DNA from: Candidatus Multivoradales bacterium
GTDB lineage: Bacteria; Acidobacteriota; Thermoanaerobaculia; Multivoradales; J023
Assembly (NCBI GenBank): GCA_965248925.1
Contig: CBDFLE010000005.1
Location: 2,293,354 to 2,357,353 of the forward strand
Direction of reading: 5' to 3'
DNA length: 64,000 nt
In this document: positions 61,401 to 64,000 of the stretch, piece by piece
How the letters are laid out: every line of letters begins with the position of its first letter
How positions within the stretch are numbered: position 1 is the stretch's first letter
Position numbers and translations under genes: made by a program
Notes under the pieces: model-generated
What the model was told of the DNA's origin: nothing
Databases searched by the model: none
The model's input: only the letters and a program-made list of their open reading frames with translations

Positions 61401-62165
61401 GTCACCACCACCTACGATGCTGTAGGCAATCGCATCTCAGAATCGGCCGTCGACAACGGCGCCACGACGATCACCGTCCGCCTCTACGCCTACGACAATC
61501 GCCACCGATTAGTAACTGTCACCGACCAACTCGACGCCGCCCAAGCCGTCACCTACACCCACGATGCCAACGGCAATCAGTCAACCCGAACAAGAGACAG
61601 CCAGCTAACCCAGCTGACCTACGACACTCGCGATCAGCTCACCCAGGTCATCGAAGCCAGCGTCATCCAAGGCACCTACGCATTCGACGCCACCGGCCTC
61701 AGAGTCCAAAAGCTAACTGCTGAAGGTGAAGCGAGATACGTCTACGATCAGCAAAGCGTCCTGACTCGAGAAGACAGCGACGGAATCACCAAATTCAACT
61801 ACGGCCCAGATCGCTTGCTCTCCGTCGATGACCCCGTAGAAGGCCGCGCCTACTACCTTCACGACACGCTGGGCAGCGTCGTCGGGCTGATGACCCCCGG
61901 CGGCAGCTTGCTCGGTCGCTACAAATTCGACGCCTGGGGCAACAAGAGAGCCTCCGTCGAAACCGCCGCCAACCCCTTCGGCTTCACCGGCCACGAGCAC
62001 GACGACGAAACCGGGCTGATCTATGCCAAAGCGCGGTTCTATGATCCGGAATTGGGGCTGTTTCTCAGCAGCGACCCGGTCGAAGGCGAGCTGCAGAACC
62101 CGCCGAGTCTGCATCGGTATCTGTATGCCTTCCAGAATCCAACCGTGTTTGTAGATCCCGATGGA
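49269..62165 (+). repeat. Direct repeat unit 3, homologous to 21691-34587
   Basis: Sequence from CGATTCGCAGCTGACCGACGAAG is colinear with copy 1 at offset 27578 through DPDG. Confidence 0.97.
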
Positions 62166-63161
62166 AGGCTGGCGGTCCTGACGAACGCGGCCGAGAAGCT
62201 CGCTGAGATCCGTAGGCAAAACATCAGCGGCGAAGCCGATCAAGGGATCTCCGGCAAGCTCCTCGGCAACGAGCTCAGTAGAGCCATCAACGCGGCCTTC
62301 TTCGGCCTGCTCGAAGGTGGAGTCCGCACCGGCAACCTCATCGCCAACAATGTCGTCACAGAGACCCTGTCGGACGAAAGCACCCTGCGCCAGGAAGCCG
62401 ACGAAGAGCTCGGCCGGTTGGCCCTCGGGCTTGAGGGCCTTGCTCAAAGCATTCGCGAAGACCCCCTAGGCACCACTCGCCAGGTCATTGAATTCCCCAG
62501 CCACCTGGCTCGCTCATCCCTCGACACCCTCCTCGACGGAACCGCCGACCAGAGGGTCGAGCTGACCGCCAACGTCGTCGAGATTCCTCTCGGAGCCGCC
62601 GCAGGGGTCGGAGTCAACAGTGCTTTGCGCAGGAGTCTCGGCACGGCGGTCGAGAGGCGGGTGATCCAGAGGCGGGTGCGAGAAGCTGTCGCGGCTAGCC
62701 GAGAAGGCAGAGCGGCTTCGAGATTTGCCGAGCACACTGCTAGAGTTCGAGGTGTGTTTGAAGCGGCGCCTGATGGCGCCAACGCAAGGGGGCTACCAAG
62801 CAACGCCAACTTCGCTCAGAAGACATTCAGCAGCTCGTTCAGTGAAGAAGGTCGAGTTGTCCTTAGTCGAATTGCGGGGCGCCGGATTGAGACAGTCGGC
62901 GATCTGGCAGGCGCAATTCGCTCGGGATCAGTGAACCCGGCGGATATACCTGTGAACGTAATTGTACGTGACGGCAATACTCTGATTCTGAATACCCGAT
63001 CTGTACAAGCCTTGGAACAGGCCGGCTTTCCCAGGAGTTCCTTCAATGTCATCGATAAGACAGGTGATCCGTTCTTTGAGGGTTTGTTGAGCGGCCAGCT
63101 CAGAAGGAACAGACTAACAAGCCAAGGTGTATCGACAGTCCGGCCAAGTGGAAGTAACTGA
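52467..63161 (+). CDS. rhs: Rhs polymorphic toxin copy 3 (putative ParB/Srx-fold C-terminal toxin)
   Basis: Near-identical to copy 1 up to PTVFVDPDG (ends 62165). The 331-aa extension ends in NFAQKTFS..DIPVNVIVRDGNTLILNTRS..AL. Confidence 0.95.
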   Translation: MNCPTTRPRFARSFRRWLTSAGILLLASAVLATEPPAETSRTALETRILDQLARGRSIEGPLASWRSTRPVSTEESPTKTAPTSLNEALVELRQALPSKAKSRLDTSALTAAWESFQAWDLLQGDRFERTAARLDAAGLSGEPRARLERVRGDWQEFHDRLKTLLAEPLASLRTAQRTEQPALNVAAKAAAELLDTYPATLDRPMLRATSLPYRQLRLPARLPVTEPAIVPSYLDLADPGSTPTDLEPSSAAPLADEILLQAEELGYDYVAIYEFVRHQIATEWYAGSMKGALGTLRQGAGNDVDQASLLIALYRASGAAARYVGGVIELPLPWLNTQLGLDDGTAVADYLARAGIAHRPVIRGGRIAAFDVEHTWVSAHVPYSNYRGSVVDFSGRSWIPLTPALEPVERQPSTEVLASMGFAANDFVTEMLSAAQLETPLSLLRQRVEQYLLDTDGGTYAEQLGSVTSTGQPLGLLPNGFYHPVLAVTFEDSELPASARHRLRLITRGETTAGSPAILDHQLDLHQALGRRLTLSYAPATSDDHLIINLWGGLAEVPPFLVRLRPQLYIDGRRIAVGEPVDAAKLHRFEAVVEGPFGSQEISQIVLSGAYHAIAVGGQHFQATELADNDPGDGEQLAARLLSGLAYSYGADWDAAETEIGGLLAVSPARPLPALVIASNSLRAELLLGVPQRLIWEGVTLDAALRVAEPAARDGSTETAADWMRLAALEGSALEQAIFEGQFQVAAISADRGLALARDSGIEVLRLDAGNLTAELPSLNHPQTVRDDVVALIAQGLTVEIPRQPISVSAWTGSTWRAEDPESGTAGYFLSGGLAGGATVEAPENWLLGFLADALAAPMSDSPNTDPLAGVELLVAEGTDSQLGTVDRVYRHPLAVRVLDAAGRPVQGTEVTFYIWAGDGRLLDTQNQESTSLTLRSDARGMARVKLRSGKHTAANPLFLRRFDSDIFQTRVLENVVEAVASSRLGNLVLRQPISSVAFPQDPAALRRTNRDDSQGTDLTVLHGLWQDTLAIAVEDPHGNPVANQDVAFTNTVFVAPGITCTNAPPDPTPGAFFDASIDSITGGFTGCPVTTPRFGDCGSSDLTLRTTSSGQVSAGFIAGPSAITSYPATVSSAALPPLSYEYSISFINNTGLNHDHCGPLAQRFVRTFGFFADAAGQPSSAVRAGQVYDPPVGVEALEWVPECQGIGIADPSPGGPLFFLVCNELRGEWRPAYFYQDGSHPLAVELLPAGTTTPPQIDNLLGRLESRLQAGLDPALHTARVSLPVLPKSPYLDDFNGEVTVLETPEDYLAVGLLDIALGLIANIDQEIGSLWGVQAQITSFEPPIVPLDDDGLAAEPVAVSYQIAPAEYQPTSAFVELLRDGQQVDLLRGQSIAGEGLAELPRGLELGLDGLWQAELVLNLDTPIEVRGDPVPVPLEQQLFADYSRALAVRQDVDLLNQRRCAQPTLFSFELNRPAEVTLIARRIESVETDGSLNTAAAITLIEAEMFADGEHGEPISPTDLPPGDYLIELRGIDAVDGYEEVREVRLSSDWDISEILPIGHTLVHGVDLFDGHLTISRTDLEIPGRGIGLALRRTYSSLAVSSGGPFGLGWNHRYQSRVVITPCGEAILIGGEGSGLRFVDDGQGGLRPLRGSHGTLRADPADGGFDFFTTSGNRFHYLFSEDSTWHLAWTEDPNGNRTTLTYIAGADGPLLRQVTDSSGRALVFDYRQASFAAWDGPVIEHITGPGGLAMSFDYDRFGNLITAQRDNQSRIERYTYQTQPNAGLELRPVMTSTTNGLSGASTQYTWQSGAVAIEAGLAIDALLVDSITHPEGGVTTFDFDQQLLGNAATLELETTVTDRRQRATTYRLNRYGSPVVIADPLGHTTRKTWTPDDVLMLSRTDQNGVVTSFEYDRHGNRTTERVEVTDETGTLVTRERLSTYFPPSAFIAEGIKDHLKSHTDGRGHTTQFEYDAQGNLTRQHITVIDAEGAASTVESRHTYYSNGDRRTTTDARGHASTFTWDTFGNPATVRDRENGLTTFAFDSRGRQLSQTDPNSHTTRLAYDDLDRLILRTLADGSVEQIQHDDIARTRTQIDPRGHATRTSFDLEGRPIEIVNAEGGQQQMEYDPEGNLTLESTVFDATTLRHNTLLVYDDAGRLIRREEPEGRTTDRELDPAGNVLRQTLADRGDPSFTPRVTETDYDRLNRPIETRRLLDAGFIAGQIAFDLENNPVHSTDPLGRVTTITFDALDREIERTEPEWKAGTPRVSQRFWDGNGNLIKTVLFNEPENQIRETTYDRLNRPIRQLDATGELRTMEYDPAGNLTVKIDRRGHRTEHQYDERNRRIKTTVKLAAGNAITEFTFDPSSNLIERLQPNQNRITHTYDPLNRRLTSDDREGQLSQTGYDARGVPIRQEDANGNVTLSQFDGLGRMIRQDQPEDRTVLQTYDVAGNRLATTNPRGHATTARFDTLNRQIEELSPAPFNYLRQMTWDDAGNLLSETDRRGNTTEFTYDDLDRRITRLEPPVLSDGSEVRYLTTWAQDTAGNQLTEVDPRGILTENRWDAENRRTHTLRANLLIEQVEFDAAGNRTKIWDANRNLAQFDYDERQLIITERRPLGATTTFTRDSMGDVIRRQDPAGRFTDSTFDFRRRKLTSTRFGEGNRPETTTSSYDSQGNRIGKLRPEGNAWTYSFDGAHRLTEVEDPDGDLTTYELDQNGNLITQIDAASQPTTYTWDELDRRTSITQADGATETFTFDENGNLAQHRDAKNQLFTRTHDSLNREIVLQYPEDPSTDDDLEQITTTWDANGNHLQTAEHFTQTGELTTTQTWDDFDRLATRTDRWDNTLIHGYDLNGNRTLLIDPAGIPTTTTFDALNRVDTVTTPGGVTDYQYLANSLLSQIDYPNGTTSTWQYDPANRIRDLDHRQNTALISSFQYQYDHNGNRTEQIETHTSQPAETTIYAFDPVDRLATVAYPEKTVTTTYDAVGNRISESAVDNGATTITVRLYAYDNRHRLVTVTDQLDAAQAVTYTHDANGNQSTRTRDSQLTQLTYDTRDQLTQVIEASVIQGTYAFDATGLRVQKLTAEGEARYVYDQQSVLTREDSDGITKFNYGPDRLLSVDDPVEGRAYYLHDTLGSVVGLMTPGGSLLGRYKFDAWGNKRASVETAANPFGFTGHEHDDETGLIYAKARFYDPELGLFLSSDPVEGELQNPPSLHRYLYAFQNPTVFVDPDGRLAVLTNAAEKLAEIRRQNISGEADQGISGKLLGNELSRAINAAFFGLLEGGVRTGNLIANNVVTETLSDESTLRQEADEELGRLALGLEGLAQSIREDPLGTTRQVIEFPSHLARSSLDTLLDGTADQRVELTANVVEIPLGAAAGVGVNSALRRSLGTAVERRVIQRRVREAVAASREGRAASRFAEHTARVRGVFEAAPDGANARGLPSNANFAQKTFSSSFSEEGRVVLSRIAGRRIETVGDLAGAIRSGSVNPADIPVNVIVRDGNTLILNTRSVQALEQAGFPRSSFNVIDKTGDPFFEGLLSGQLRRNRLTSQGVSTVRPSGSN

Positions 63162-63162
63162 G

Positions 63163-63585
63163 ATGTCTGAGCGGGCGGTTTTGGCGCTTCCAATCACTGA
63201 TGCGGGCTGCGGTGATATCCGAGTCGTGGCGACCAGCACAAGGCTTGACGCTGAGTACCAGTATTTCTCTGAGGCATTGAATATAGACCGGATTGGCATT
63301 ATCCGCTTCGTGGGCCTTGGGGCATACAGATTTCGTGGCGAATTGCAGAGCCTGGGCTTCGCAGAAGGGAGCTACGACTCACTAGTCGAGATCGTCGATT
63401 CTGCGTGGTGTAAGGAACTTCTGAGTATCGAGCCAAACGGCATCTGGGGGAGTGTAGCGACCAAGAAACACTTTGCCGTATTTTTCAGCAATAACGGCTA
63501 CTTGGAAGTCATCGCAGATGACTTCCAAGAGTTACTTCCGCGAGAGGGGCTTCTGGTATCTCAAAGTACGACTCACCTCGACTAA
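63163..63585 (+). CDS. Putative immunity protein for toxin 3
   Basis: ATG 63163 lies 1 nt after the toxin stop (TGA-G-ATG). 140 aa with [13 protein letters not shown] and HFAVFF..GYLEVIA. Call is positional. Confidence 0.8.
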   Translation: MSERAVLALPITDAGCGDIRVVATSTRLDAEYQYFSEALNIDRIGIIRFVGLGAYRFRGELQSLGFAEGSYDSLVEIVDSAWCKELLSIEPNGIWGSVATKKHFAVFFSNNGYLEVIADDFQELLPREGLLVSQSTTHLD

Positions 63586-64000
63586 GCCGCACAATCTCGC
63601 ACGCTCTGCGCCACGAGCCGTGGCTATACGAGCTGGAGCTGGACGAAGAGGGCTGGGTGGAGATCGAGACACTGTTGTCGGGATTACGAAGCCAGCGCCG
63701 GGAATGGCGTCGGCTGTCCGAGCAAGACATCGAGCAAGTGATGGCAGCTGCCGACAAACAACGCTTCGAGTTGCGCAGCGGACGGATTCGAGCGCTCTAC
63801 GGTCATTCGACGCCGCAACGCCTACTGAAGGTGCCGGCAACTCCACCGGCGGTGCTCTACCACGGCACGGCACCCAAGACGGCTGAAGTGATCTTGGCCG
63901 AAGGTCTCAAGCCGATGGGTCGACAGTACGTCCACCTCTCGGCCGACCGGGAAACGGCCAACCAGGTGGGCCACCGAAAGGCCCGCAACGCGGTAATCCT
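63558..64000 (+). CDS. kptA: RNA 2'-phosphotransferase (KptA/Tpt1); runs off the right edge; non-canonical or mutated start
   Basis: Manual translation: [59 protein letters not shown]. No ATG/GTG/TTG between the in-frame stop at 63519-21 and the conserved LSR..LRH motif. ATC 63558 sits 8 nt after GAGGGG. Confidence 0.9.
   Translation, partial: MSKYDSPRLSRTISHALRHEPWLYELELDEEGWVEIETLLSGLRSQRREWRRLSEQDIEQVMAAADKQRFELRSGRIRALYGHSTPQRLLKVPATPPAVLYHGTAPKTAEVILAEGLKPMGRQYVHLSADRETANQVGHRKARNAVI

Noticed and set aside
37683-62165. Pure assembly artefact explanation for the triplication
   Set aside because: The copies have distinct variant tracts, a 12-bp indel, unique junctions and different CT/immunity genes. 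Long-read confirmation is still needed.
21691-62165. Diversity-generating retroelement (template/variable repeat pair)
   Set aside because: No reverse transcriptase is in the window, the repeats are multi-kb, and the differences do not appear adenine-specific.
24889-63161. T6SS, CDI or Tc-toxin assignment
   Set aside because: No PAAR/VgrG/Eag, TPS/FHA/CdiB or SpvB/TcA features were seen, and the proteins have Sec-type signal peptides.

Overview
GC-rich bacterial window with two parts. (1) 1-6028 is the edge of a secondary-metabolite cluster. A FAAL-ACP-condensation NRPS starter runs off the left end on the minus strand (it is absent from the ORF track). Divergent from it are a membrane M28 peptidase and an OTC-fold carbamoyltransferase with non-ArgF motifs (TRWQTMG, HDLP). 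(2) 6537-64000 is a translationally coupled, signal-peptide-dependent polymorphic toxin locus. It has a small PilP/GspC-like gene and a 5979-aa secreted multidomain protein (HExxH protease, QW-repeat barrel, CARDB, FlgD-Ig, propellers, Fn3, DUF11, Calx-beta). Three full-length ~3550-aa Rhs proteins follow, each with a signal peptide, a degenerate transglutaminase, Ig-like domains, DUF6531, YD repeats and a DPxG core. They are near-identical up to DPDG but carry different C-terminal toxins (RelE-like, ART-like, ParB/Srx-like), each with its own immunity gene. Copies 2 and 3 each begin inside a duplicated 3' fragment of the giant gene. An XRE repressor and a dead DDE integrase lie between copies 1 and 2. 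A kptA/Tpt1 gene with an apparent ATC start overlaps the last immunity gene. All family calls are by eye; no database searches were run.
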